Notes: generated by a model from the sequence alone, not told the origin. Shown: positions 1-7,523, counted from the stretch's first letter. The stretch: DNA of 32,000 nt from Promethearchaeota archaeon (GCA_016933055.1 JAFGBS010000019.1:150001-182000), one strand, 5' to 3'. Made by a program: numbers and translations.

Positions 1-523
1 TATCGGTGATAACTTCTCCGGTAGTTCCATCTCCGCGTGTTATTCCTTTTTGAAAAACACCCTCAGTATAGATTAATTCAACGGCGACTCCATCATATTT
101 AGGTTCCGAGCTATATTCAACAGTGTTTTCATTTAATTCTTTGAGATTTCTGTCATAAAAGGATTTAAGTTCTTTTTTTCCGTGTATTGCTTTTAAACTC
201 CTCATGGGAGAACTATGCTCATCTTTTTCAAATGCTTCTAAAAGTTCAGAACCAATTCTCTGTGTAGGAGATGAGTCACTTTGCAGTTCTGGGTATTTTT
301 TTTCTAATTCCTGCAATTTTGAAAATAATTCATCATAACGGGAATCAGAAATAATAGGATTACTTTCTGCATAATACCGATAATCATGATACCGTATGGA
401 ATCCCGTAGTTTTGAAACCACTTTTTGTGCAGTTTTTTTATTTTCAACAGATTCGATTTCATCTATTGAATTATAAATACCGGAAGGTATTTCTTTCCTT
501 TTTGAAGACCTCATATTCATCAT
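1..523 (-). CDS. ligA: NAD+-dependent DNA ligase, N-terminal part (runs off the window at position 1)
   Basis: Manual translation from ATG at 523 (alternative ATGs at 520, 514): ...KLRDSIRYHDYRYYAESNPIISDSRYDELFSKLQELEKKYPELQSDSSPTQRIG...EPKYDGVAVELIYTEGVFQKGITRGDGTTGEVITD. Has the domain Ia YY/D..YD motif, the KxDG adenylation motif and TRGDG..GE. Not in the ORF track because it is truncated. Confidence 0.95.
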   Translation of the reverse strand, partial: MMNMRSSKRKEIPSGIYNSIDEIESVENKKTAQKVVSKLRDSIRYHDYRYYAESNPIISDSRYDELFSKLQELEKKYPELQSDSSPTQRIGSELLEAFEKDEHSSPMRSLKAIHGKKELKSFYDRNLKELNENTVEYSSEPKYDGVAVELIYTEGVFQKGITRGDGTTGEVITD

Positions 524-550
524 ATCAGGATGATAGTCAGCAGATTCATG

Positions 551-2305
551 CTATTTTTTGCGTAAGAATTGTTTTAACTTAGCAATATCCCATGAGTTTA
601 TCACGTCTTGGGATTCAATCCATCCTCTTCTTGCTTGATTGATTCCGTATTTCATATATCGCAATTGCCCTCGGGTATGAGCATCCGTATTAATTGCAAT
701 TTTCACCTTATATTCTTTACTCCGCTTCAAATTGATAGCGTTCAAGTCTAATCGATGCGGTTGTGCATTACATTCGATTGCGACCTGATTTTTTTGCGCT
801 ACCTCGAAAATTTTTTCAAATTCTATTTCCGATGGATTGCGTTCATTAATAATTCGATTTGTTGGATGAGATAGTATATTGACTGGTGTTCCGTCTATCG
901 CTTTAATAACTCGTTGAGTCTGTTCGGAAATAGGAAGGGTGAGGTGGGTATGAATAGATGCCAAGACAACATCTAATTTATCTAAAACCGAATTTGACAA
1001 ATCTAAAGTTCCGTCTTTTTTAATGTCCACTTCCATTCCCTTAAGCACGGTTATATTTTTATAAATCTCATTTAGTGAGTCGATTTTCTGGATTTGCTTA
1101 TCTAATTTTCTCTCATCCATTCCACCCGTCATTGCCATAGATTTACTATGGTCGGTAATCGCGATATAAGCGTATCCTAACTCAATTGCTTGTTGAATCA
1201 TTTCCTCAATGGTATTATTGCCGTCAGTATAACTTGTATGCATTTGTAGGTCTCCTTGAATTTGATCAAATGAAATTAATTTAGGTAGAGCATGGTTCTT
1301 TGAGGCTGTTATTTCCCCTCGATCTTCACGCAATTCTGGAGGGATCCAATCCATATCTAAAAGAGTGTAAATCTCAGCTTCATCTCGACCTGCGATCCAA
1401 TTTTCTTCTTTCCGTGCCTCTGAAGAAGATATTCCCGTTGGTTTTTTGAAGACACCATATTCTGACAAAGTAAAATTCTCAACCAGTGCTAACGACCGTA
1501 GATGGATATTATGAGCTTTAGATCCCGTGAAATATAATAATGCTGCACCAAAATTCTTCGGTTCTATGATGCGAAGATCAACTCGGAAATTGTTTTTCAA
1601 TACTGCAGAAGCCTTAGTTTTACCTGCAGAATCTACTTTTTCAATCCTATTCCAAGTTGTAAAGTATTTCATGACTTCGGGGGCACTCGTCGCCGTAACT
1701 AAGACATCTAAATCACCCACAGTATCTTTTCGTCTACGATAGCTTCCAACCATTTCAAATTGTTGAATTTTTGCATTTCTCTTAAGAAATTCAGTTAAAT
1801 CTTCGGCAATCGCATCGGCATCAGATAATAGTAATCGATTTTTCCAATTTCGATATTTCTGAATTCCTTCCAAGATATTTTGCTCAGTTTTTTTCCCTAT
1901 TCCCCCAATAGTCCTTAAACCTCCGTTTTTTGCAGCGGTTTCTAACTGGTCCACAGTGGTTATATCTGCCTTCTTCCAGATACGATTCACTGTTTTTGGA
2001 CCTACTCCCCGAATTTTTGTAATCTCAATTAGTGTAAGTGGGACCTTTTGAGATAATTTCTCTAATTTTTTCAACTTCCCGGTTTGCACAATTTCCTTTA
2101 TATGATCAGAAATTCCCTTACCGATTCCCCGATATTTCTCTGCGAGGTCTATTTCCCCCTCCACCATTTGTGTGAATGATTCACCGGATCCTCTGACAAT
2201 ACGTGCAGCATTCTCATAAGCACGAGCATGGAATTCATTATCTTCAGAAATACGTAACAATATGGCAACCTTATCGAATATGGCGGCAATTTCATTATTT
2301 TGCAT
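551..2305 (-). CDS. polX: DNA polymerase X family with C-terminal PHP domain
   Basis: N-terminal NxEIAxxF and RAYENAA, HhH repeats (GIGKGI, GVGPKT, GIGKKT), GSYRR..TVGDLDVL (DxD), RVDLR, LLYFTGSKAHN, then PHP motifs DLQMHT..DG, TDHS, SHP, NTDAH. ATG 2305 (MQNNEIA) is preferred; the ORF track starts at ATG 2317. Confidence 0.96.
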   Translation of the reverse strand: MQNNEIAAIFDKVAILLRISEDNEFHARAYENAARIVRGSGESFTQMVEGEIDLAEKYRGIGKGISDHIKEIVQTGKLKKLEKLSQKVPLTLIEITKIRGVGPKTVNRIWKKADITTVDQLETAAKNGGLRTIGGIGKKTEQNILEGIQKYRNWKNRLLLSDADAIAEDLTEFLKRNAKIQQFEMVGSYRRRKDTVGDLDVLVTATSAPEVMKYFTTWNRIEKVDSAGKTKASAVLKNNFRVDLRIIEPKNFGAALLYFTGSKAHNIHLRSLALVENFTLSEYGVFKKPTGISSSEARKEENWIAGRDEAEIYTLLDMDWIPPELREDRGEITASKNHALPKLISFDQIQGDLQMHTSYTDGNNTIEEMIQQAIELGYAYIAITDHSKSMAMTGGMDERKLDKQIQKIDSLNEIYKNITVLKGMEVDIKKDGTLDLSNSVLDKLDVVLASIHTHLTLPISEQTQRVIKAIDGTPVNILSHPTNRIINERNPSEIEFEKIFEVAQKNQVAIECNAQPHRLDLNAINLKRSKEYKVKIAINTDAHTRGQLRYMKYGINQARRGWIESQDVINSWDIAKLKQFLRKK

Positions 2306-2471
2306 ACAGATCCACATTAAATTGAGACATAAATTTCCAAGACAAGTAAAATAATCAGAATTTGATGGAACATAAGTATACTAACGAAAATGAATTTTTT
2401 AATATATTCTGATAATTTGGAATTTCTACGGATAGATTGCTCCATGGATCGAAAAAAGGAAAAAAAATTGG

Positions 2472-2915
2472 TTATTTTTGACCTGCTGGATTAGGCATAC
2501 CGCATGTTGGACAATACGCTTCAGAACCACCTAAGGGTCCCCCACAAGTCCTACAATATTTGTTCGATTCAATAGAACCTTTTTGAGAATCTCGTGAAAA
2601 GTTCTCTTCAATAGGTTCTGAGACTGTTCCATATGTCTGATAAGAAGCTGCCCGGAGATCATATCCGCATTTATCACAGAATTGATTTGAAATAGATGTC
2701 TCTTTCTGGCAATTTGGACAGATTCGGGTATGTTCCCCTGATAAATAGGTTATTGTCACTCGTATCGCTTCCACAAGTGTGAAGGCTGGAACAATTGCAC
2801 ACCACCAGGGAAACGGAGGATAAAAGATAAGAAATCCGATTAACAAAAAGATGGCCGAGGTAGTAAAGACAGATGTCCAAGCAGTAACTAAACGATTTTG
2901 ACTTACTGTTTTCAT
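2472..2915 (-). CDS. Membrane protein, two TM helices + two zinc ribbons (double zinc ribbon type)
   Basis: Two hydrophobic N-terminal segments, then 4 CxxC motifs (CPNC, CDKC, CRTC, CPTC). Start overlaps the upstream stop (TAATG at 2917-2913). Confidence 0.85.
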   Translation of the reverse strand: MKTVSQNRLVTAWTSVFTTSAIFLLIGFLIFYPPFPWWCAIVPAFTLVEAIRVTITYLSGEHTRICPNCQKETSISNQFCDKCGYDLRAASYQTYGTVSEPIEENFSRDSQKGSIESNKYCRTCGGPLGGSEAYCPTCGMPNPAGQK

Positions 2916-3418
2916 TAGATTAATTCAACTCCGCATGAAGGGCAATAATTTTGCTTAGTTTTATCTATATGCGCACCGCATGTTTGACAGTACATGAATT
3001 GGGGATTCTGGTATTGCGGATTTGGGATACTAACAACGGGAGATTCTGTAGGTTCACCCGGTTTTACTGACTCTTGAAGTGCATACCCGCAGGTATCACA
3101 AAATCGCTCGTCTGGTCGCACTTTTGCATTGCAGTTGGGACATCTCCACAAAAATCTGTGTGAGCAATGTGGACAGAATTTCTTTTTTTCTGTTACCCGT
3201 TGACCGCAATTTGGACACAATGTAGGTTCCATGGTTAAATATTGAATAGTGGTTGTAACTCCACCGATAAGGGTCCCAATAACCGGAAACCAAATCCACC
3301 ATCCCCAATCCCAAATGAGATATCCTAAGACGAAGAAAATGATAAAGCAGACTATAAAACCAGTCCAAGCTCCAACAACACTCTCCTTACTAGGAGCAAG
3401 TTCGTATTTATTACCCAT
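2915..3418 (-). CDS. Membrane protein, two TM helices + three zinc ribbons; paralog of 2472..2915
   Basis: Trp-rich TM hairpin (LIWDWGWWIWFP), 6 CxxC motifs, GGTGA Shine-Dalgarno 9 nt upstream of the ATG. Confidence 0.87.
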   Translation of the reverse strand: MGNKYELAPSKESVVGAWTGFIVCFIIFFVLGYLIWDWGWWIWFPVIGTLIGGVTTTIQYLTMEPTLCPNCGQRVTEKKKFCPHCSHRFLWRCPNCNAKVRPDERFCDTCGYALQESVKPGEPTESPVVSIPNPQYQNPQFMYCQTCGAHIDKTKQNYCPSCGVELI

Positions 3419-3427
3419 TTTTTATTA

Positions 3428-3471
3428 TCACCGAAATTTGAACACTAGCGATAAGTGTTCCTTTGTTTATA
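3428..3471 (-). promoter_or_regulatory. Promoter with putative operator upstream of the zinc-ribbon gene pair
   Basis: Minus strand reads TATAAA (3471-3466), then a perfect inverted repeat GAACACT-N7-AGTGTTC (3440-3460) over the expected TSS, then GGTGA (3432-3428), then ATG 3418. Confidence 0.55.
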
Positions 3472-3610
3472 TGATAACGGTTTCAAAGTAATAAGGATTT
3501 TCGTGGTGCCAGTTCTTATCCTTTTGATTGAGTGAGGGAAAAAATTTTTTAGAAGAGGAGTAACCTTCTTCATAATCATCCTTATTATTAAGGGGACGTT
3601 GTCTAGTGGT

Positions 3611-3642
3611 TTTCTACGAAAAGAATCGTCGTGGAATGCTCC
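3611..3642 (+). other. 32-nt D-loop intron (20/21) with canonical hBHBh' motif
   Basis: h = GTCT/AGAT; H = AGTG(3605-08)/TGCT(3637-40); bulges GTT(3609-11) and CCA(3641-43); h' = TTCTACGA(3612-19)/TCGTGGAA(3629-36). Cutting after the 2nd nt of each bulge restores a normal D-loop. Confidence 0.85.
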
Positions 3643-3659
3643 AAGATGACGGGCTCCAG

Positions 3660-3724
3660 CACGAGAAAAACCCATAAATCTGACGAGAAATCGAATGAAG
3701 AGATGGCTGGAATACCGTAGAGAA
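3660..3724 (+). ncRNA. 65-nt anticodon intron (37/38) containing a K-turn (C'/D'-like motif)
   Basis: H = CTCC/AGAG (one C.A mismatch), bulges AGC and AAA. Internal CTGA(3680-83)-CGA-GAAA-TCG-AAT-GAAGA(3697-3701) has K-turn geometry. The intron call is strong; a C/D guide function is uncertain. Confidence 0.7.
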
Positions 3725-3760
3725 ACCCGTTGATCATGGGTTCAATTCCCATCGTCCCCA

Positions 3761-3790
3761 CTTTTTTTCTCTTTCCTATTTCTCTTATTG
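3761..3790 (+). terminator. T-rich archaeal terminator after tRNA-Trp
   Basis: CTTTTTTTCTCTTTCCTATTTCTCTT directly after the discriminator base. Confidence 0.55.
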
Positions 3791-3882
3791 ATTTTGATCT
3801 CTGATTGTTGGTTTCATGTATACATCACTTTGTTGACAACAGTTAGTAAATATTATAAAGGATAATTCCTTAATATAAGGTA

Positions 3883-4578
3883 GTGTCCGGTCACCCGGAC
3901 GATATTAAAATGATTAGAGATAAAGAAACTATTAAGAAAGACATCGTTGACCAACTCTACTGGGACCATCGGGTCGATGCATCCGATGTGAAAGTAGATG
4001 TTGATGACGATAAAGTAACCCTATACGGTACGGTACCTTCCTATTTTGCCCGTAACGCTGCTTATATTGATGCCTATGCAATTTATGGTGTTACCAAAGT
4101 CGTAAATAATCTAAAGGTACAATATCCTCCAGTACTAAAAGTACCGTCTGACAGCGATATTGAGTCCAATATTAGAAACTTACTATTGTGGAATGAATCT
4201 GTAGACAGCACGAATATTAATGTCAGCGTTAAAGCGGGAAATATAACTTTAAAAGGAACGGTAGATGCCTACTGGAAGAAACTAACTGCCGAAACTGTAG
4301 CAGGACGTGCTTCAGGAGTTAAAGATATAAAAAATGAACTTGCAGTTGTACCAACTGATAATATTGTGGATAAAGCAATTGCAAAGGACATTGTAAATGC
4401 GATAGACAGACATTATTCCTTAGATCCTGAAGATATAGATGTGAAGGTTTCAAGCGGTAAAGTTACCTTAAGTGGTACGGTTGAGAACTGGTATGATTAT
4501 CGATCTGCAATGGATATTGTCGATTTCACTACTGGTGTAATTGATATTAACGATCAACTCGTAATCACTCCCGAATAA
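3883..4578 (+). CDS. BON-domain protein (three tandem BON repeats, OsmY-like), no signal peptide
   Basis: Three ~70-aa repeats with pattern I..DI...L......D...I.V.V..G.VTL.GTV.......A......GV..I.N.L.V. GTG 3883 lies ~25 nt after TTATAAA (3853-59); alternative ATG at 3910. Confidence 0.9.
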   Translation: MSGHPDDIKMIRDKETIKKDIVDQLYWDHRVDASDVKVDVDDDKVTLYGTVPSYFARNAAYIDAYAIYGVTKVVNNLKVQYPPVLKVPSDSDIESNIRNLLLWNESVDSTNINVSVKAGNITLKGTVDAYWKKLTAETVAGRASGVKDIKNELAVVPTDNIVDKAIAKDIVNAIDRHYSLDPEDIDVKVSSGKVTLSGTVENWYDYRSAMDIVDFTTGVIDINDQLVITPE

Positions 4579-4963
4579 ATTATAATTAATGGATCCGAGA
4601 GCAAATAACAATAGATTCCCTATTGGAACATAGATAATTGCTTTATGACGTTCTCTAAACCTTTTTTTTTTTGTTATGGAAATTGAACTTATGGGATTTT
4701 CACACCTCAAGTATTTTTCGATCAACCAATAAAACATAAAAAAACCTAGCAGAGAATTGAAGAATTTGTTTGCTAAAAGAAGCATGAGGCAAAAAATCGA
4801 AAAAAATGTACCGAAAGTTACATCTATTTGGACCTATCATGATTGGGTTAACCATCTTGTGTATCAGTGTCATCATCATAGTCAAAATCTATCAAGTTCT
4901 GTCCGGATAGACTCCATAATCCAGTGATTAATTTTAAATTTCATATCACCCATCATCACTCAT

Positions 4964-5086
4964 ATGCCCAATAACCCCCCCAAAAAACGTAAACTCCATC
5001 TTTTTGATTATCTTATTATTTTTTTGCTGGTTTTAGGAGTAAGTGCGTTAATTATATGGGGTATTATACGTGTACTTCAAAAATAA
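4964..5086 (+). CDS. Small single-pass membrane protein, 40 aa
   Basis: ATG 4964 to TAA 5086: MPNNPPKKRKLHLFDYLIIFLLVLGVSALIIWGIIRVLQK. Basic N-terminus, ~20-aa hydrophobic helix, basic tail. Fills an otherwise empty gap and ends 15 nt from the convergent gene. Below the ORF-track length cutoff. Confidence 0.55.
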   Translation: MPNNPPKKRKLHLFDYLIIFLLVLGVSALIIWGIIRVLQK

Positions 5087-5101
5087 GGAAAAAAATCGAG
5101 T

Positions 5102-6025
5102 TCAGATTTGAGAATCAAGCCATTGGATAATATCGAGTGTAATTTCATCCCGATTTATTTCATGGAGTAATTCATGGCGTTTTCCCTCATAAAATTTCGC
5201 TTCAATTTTCTTATTCAACTTTTCATATTTTTTGATCATTATCTTAACCATTTTTGTGAAATCATTTGTAGGATCCTTGGATCCGCAAAGAACATATATT
5301 GGTAGCTCGTTAGGGATTAATTGACGATTAGATTTTTTATGTGTTCTCTTAAATCCTCGTGTAATTTCCGTAGAAAACACTGTTGAAGGTGTCCATCCGC
5401 ACAAATTATCGTCCGCATATTTTCTTACTTCTTTAGCATCGGTTGATAACCAATCATAATCGGTTTCTACAGGCTTGAATGGTTTATTGAATTTCTCCCA
5501 AGCAATTTTTTTGAATGTTTTACTAGGTGCTTTAGGCCCTAGTTTCTTAATTTCACGTTTTCCAAGTATTTCTCCAAATAATAAAATATATATGGGTTGC
5601 TGAGCTTGAGGTCCACTGAGTATAACTCCTTGTAAATCATTTCCCCAGCGCATACTATAATCTTGAGCTATTTCCGAACCTAAGCTATGTCCAAGGAGAA
5701 ACAAGGGTAATTTACTATACGTTTTTTTAATATCATCAACCAACAGATGTAGATCGTCTAATATTAAGTTCCAACCGTTATTCTCAATTACTCCCAATTC
5801 TGAAGCACCCTCGGCTGTTTTTCCGTGTCCTCGAATGTCTGGGGCATAAATTATATAATTAGATTGAGTAGCGGATTCTGCAAAATCTTCATAACGCCCT
5901 GCATGCTCTGCAAGACCATGAATGATTAATAGAATTGCTTTTGGGTCTTTACCGCTAGGTTCCCATTTGTAAACAAATATATTCTTATCATCATGGGTCT
6001 TAAACCTAAATGTTGATGATTCCAT
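5102..6025 (-). CDS. Alpha/beta hydrolase, lysophospholipase/monoacylglycerol lipase type
   Basis: HGLAEHAGRY, D.RGHG, nucleophile elbow GHSLG, DP acid, C-terminal RHELLHE. Confidence 0.92.
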   Translation of the reverse strand: MESSTFRFKTHDDKNIFVYKWEPSGKDPKAILLIIHGLAEHAGRYEDFAESATQSNYIIYAPDIRGHGKTAEGASELGVIENNGWNLILDDLHLLVDDIKKTYSKLPLFLLGHSLGSEIAQDYSMRWGNDLQGVILSGPQAQQPIYILLFGEILGKREIKKLGPKAPSKTFKKIAWEKFNKPFKPVETDYDWLSTDAKEVRKYADDNLCGWTPSTVFSTEITRGFKRTHKKSNRQLIPNELPIYVLCGSKDPTNDFTKMVKIMIKKYEKLNKKIEAKFYEGKRHELLHEINRDEITLDIIQWLDSQI

Positions 6026-6167
6026 ACTGCATACTTCTCCTTAGTCCGTAATAAAAATTATGTCATTCAATTATACAAAATAAATTCGGATCCTACGCGG
6101 GTAAACCTTTATAGGAATTGAGTATTTTCTCTGCTTATACATTTTTAATAAAAAGACTTTGATTACA

Positions 6168-6695
6168 ATGAGTATAATTGATTTTCTCAAAAGGCTGTGG
6201 TATTTTTTAAAAAGATCATGGTTTTTTCTAACGATTATCATGGTATTGCTATTATTTTTTCTGGGAGAGAGACCCTCCAAAATTGCCGCAATTGTTATTT
6301 TATCCTTGACTATTGTGGGATTAATTCTTCAGATTGTGCTTTCATTGTTGCAATTGAGAAATTTTAAAACTTATTTAGAAAGTTATAATCGTATAGATGA
6401 CGTATCTATCGCTCGTGGATTACATAATGAGTTGGTTACCGTCCGAAGACAATTATATGAGATGATGAAAGAAGAAAAATGTCCGGGAATGATTATTTTG
6501 CTGAAAAATACCTATATTTACTATAATTCGAAAATGGTCGATTCCCTAAGAACTATTTATGAGCAGGACAAGGACAATTTTAATGAAACAGTACACAAGC
6601 TTCTTTCGAAACAAGGAGATTTATATAAAAACGAGATACAGGAAATACGTAAACAATTAGAAGGGAAATCTTCTAAAACTAGAGAGAAAGATTAA
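6168..6695 (+). CDS. Hypothetical membrane protein (two N-terminal TM helices, possible winged-helix domain)
   Basis: Long open frame with two hydrophobic segments, then IARGLHNELVTVRRQLYEMM....GMI. ATG 6168 preferred over TTG 6159. Stop shares TTAA (6692-95) with the convergent gene. Confidence 0.7.
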   Translation: MSIIDFLKRLWYFLKRSWFFLTIIMVLLLFFLGERPSKIAAIVILSLTIVGLILQIVLSLLQLRNFKTYLESYNRIDDVSIARGLHNELVTVRRQLYEMMKEEKCPGMIILLKNTYIYYNSKMVDSLRTIYEQDKDNFNETVHKLLSKQGDLYKNEIQEIRKQLEGKSSKTREKD

Positions 6696-7510
6696 CTTCC
6701 AAGTAACTCTGGGATTTTTAAACGTAAATTATCTTGTGCTCCTATTACTTTTGTATTTTTCCCAATGGACTCTTGAATATGCGTCATCTGTTGGGAAATA
6801 ATATTGCCATCTGACCATGGAGGATCAAAAAGGGCTCCATAATGGGTAATAATGCAAGTTTTTGGTTGGGCGATTTCTAAAGCAGGAATGAATTCTTCCA
6901 CGCATGCATGACGTGGGCAAGTTTTGTTTGAAGGACGCAAGACATTAGCGATAAGAATATCTATATCTTTATATATCTCCCCAAACCCATCATAGATTTC
7001 CGTGTCTGATGTAAATCCAATTTGATAAGTCTTGGAAGGATCTTTTGCATCTATTTGTTGAAAAATCAACCCAAAACCTTGCGTATTACCATGAACAATT
7101 TTTGTACCTAAGATAGAAGTGTGATTTGTCAGTTTAACAGTTTTTCCAGCCTGCATTGGGATAATGTCGACTAACAGATCCCGATAATAGGAATGCAAAG
7201 TATGTATATATTCCTCTGTAGAGATTAAGATTCCAGCGGGTTTTGTTAAAGTTTCATGAACGGATTCGATTATGATCGGGATATCATTGATATGATCGGT
7301 ATGATTATGAGTTGCAATAATCCATTCAGTTTTCAAGCGATCGATTTTCATCCGGTTCAAATATACAATAGCGCCGGGTCCTGGATCTATATGCGTCTGC
7401 TTCCCATTGAATTTGTACATAATACCTCCAGTTTGTCGGTGTTGGGTTGCACATAAAACCCGCCCACCTCCAGTTCCTAAAAAAATTAATTCATGATCCT
7501 CGAAACCCAT
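6692..7510 (-). CDS. Metallo-beta-lactamase-fold hydrolase
   Basis: FLGTGGGR, HIDPGPG, THNHTDH (HxHxDH), HG, TSDT, THYG. ATG 7510 is preferred because the track start at 7543 lies inside fwdE. Confidence 0.9.
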   Translation of the reverse strand: MGFEDHELIFLGTGGGRVLCATQHRQTGGIMYKFNGKQTHIDPGPGAIVYLNRMKIDRLKTEWIIATHNHTDHINDIPIIIESVHETLTKPAGILISTEEYIHTLHSYYRDLLVDIIPMQAGKTVKLTNHTSILGTKIVHGNTQGFGLIFQQIDAKDPSKTYQIGFTSDTEIYDGFGEIYKDIDILIANVLRPSNKTCPRHACVEEFIPALEIAQPKTCIITHYGALFDPPWSDGNIISQQMTHIQESIGKNTKVIGAQDNLRLKIPELLGS

Positions 7511-7523
7511 TTGCTTAACCCCG

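Larger units (their letters stand above)
3592..3760 (+). tRNA. trnW: tRNA-Trp(CCA) with two introns (positions 20/21 and 37/38)
   Basis: Exons 3592-3610, 3643-3659 and 3725-3760 join to GGGGACG TT GTCT AGTGGTA AGAT G ACGGG CTCCAGA CCCGT TGATC ATGGG TTCAATT CCCAT CGTCCCC A. All four stems pair and the anticodon is CCA (3656-3658). The 3' CCA is not encoded; a T-rich tract follows. Confidence 0.92.

Noticed and set aside
3445-3675. 76-aa minus-strand ORF in the track
   Set aside because: Antisense to the tRNA-Trp gene; spurious.
3669-3675. AACCCAT in the intron complementary to the T-arm ATGGGTT as a D' guide
   Set aside because: Pairing stops 4 nt short of the CTGA box, so it does not fit normal guide geometry; it also pairs locally with ATGG in the intron hairpin.
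3654-3722. C.A mismatch in the 37/38 BHB helix hinting at a CUA (amber) anticodon
   Set aside because: The genomic anticodon is CCA and the body is Trp-like; single mismatches in the central helix are tolerated, and nothing indicates editing.
3885-3900. GTCCGG-TCAC-CCGGAC hairpin at the start of the BON gene
   Set aside because: A single 6-bp stem with no repeat elsewhere in the window; could affect start choice (3883 versus 3910) but is too weak to call.
4757-4927. Short plus-strand ORF (MRQKIEKN...) and overlapping minus-strand ORFs 4468..4785 and 4700..4885
   Set aside because: No motif or convincing composition; they overlap each other or the BON gene and cross an 11-T tract that looks like a terminator.
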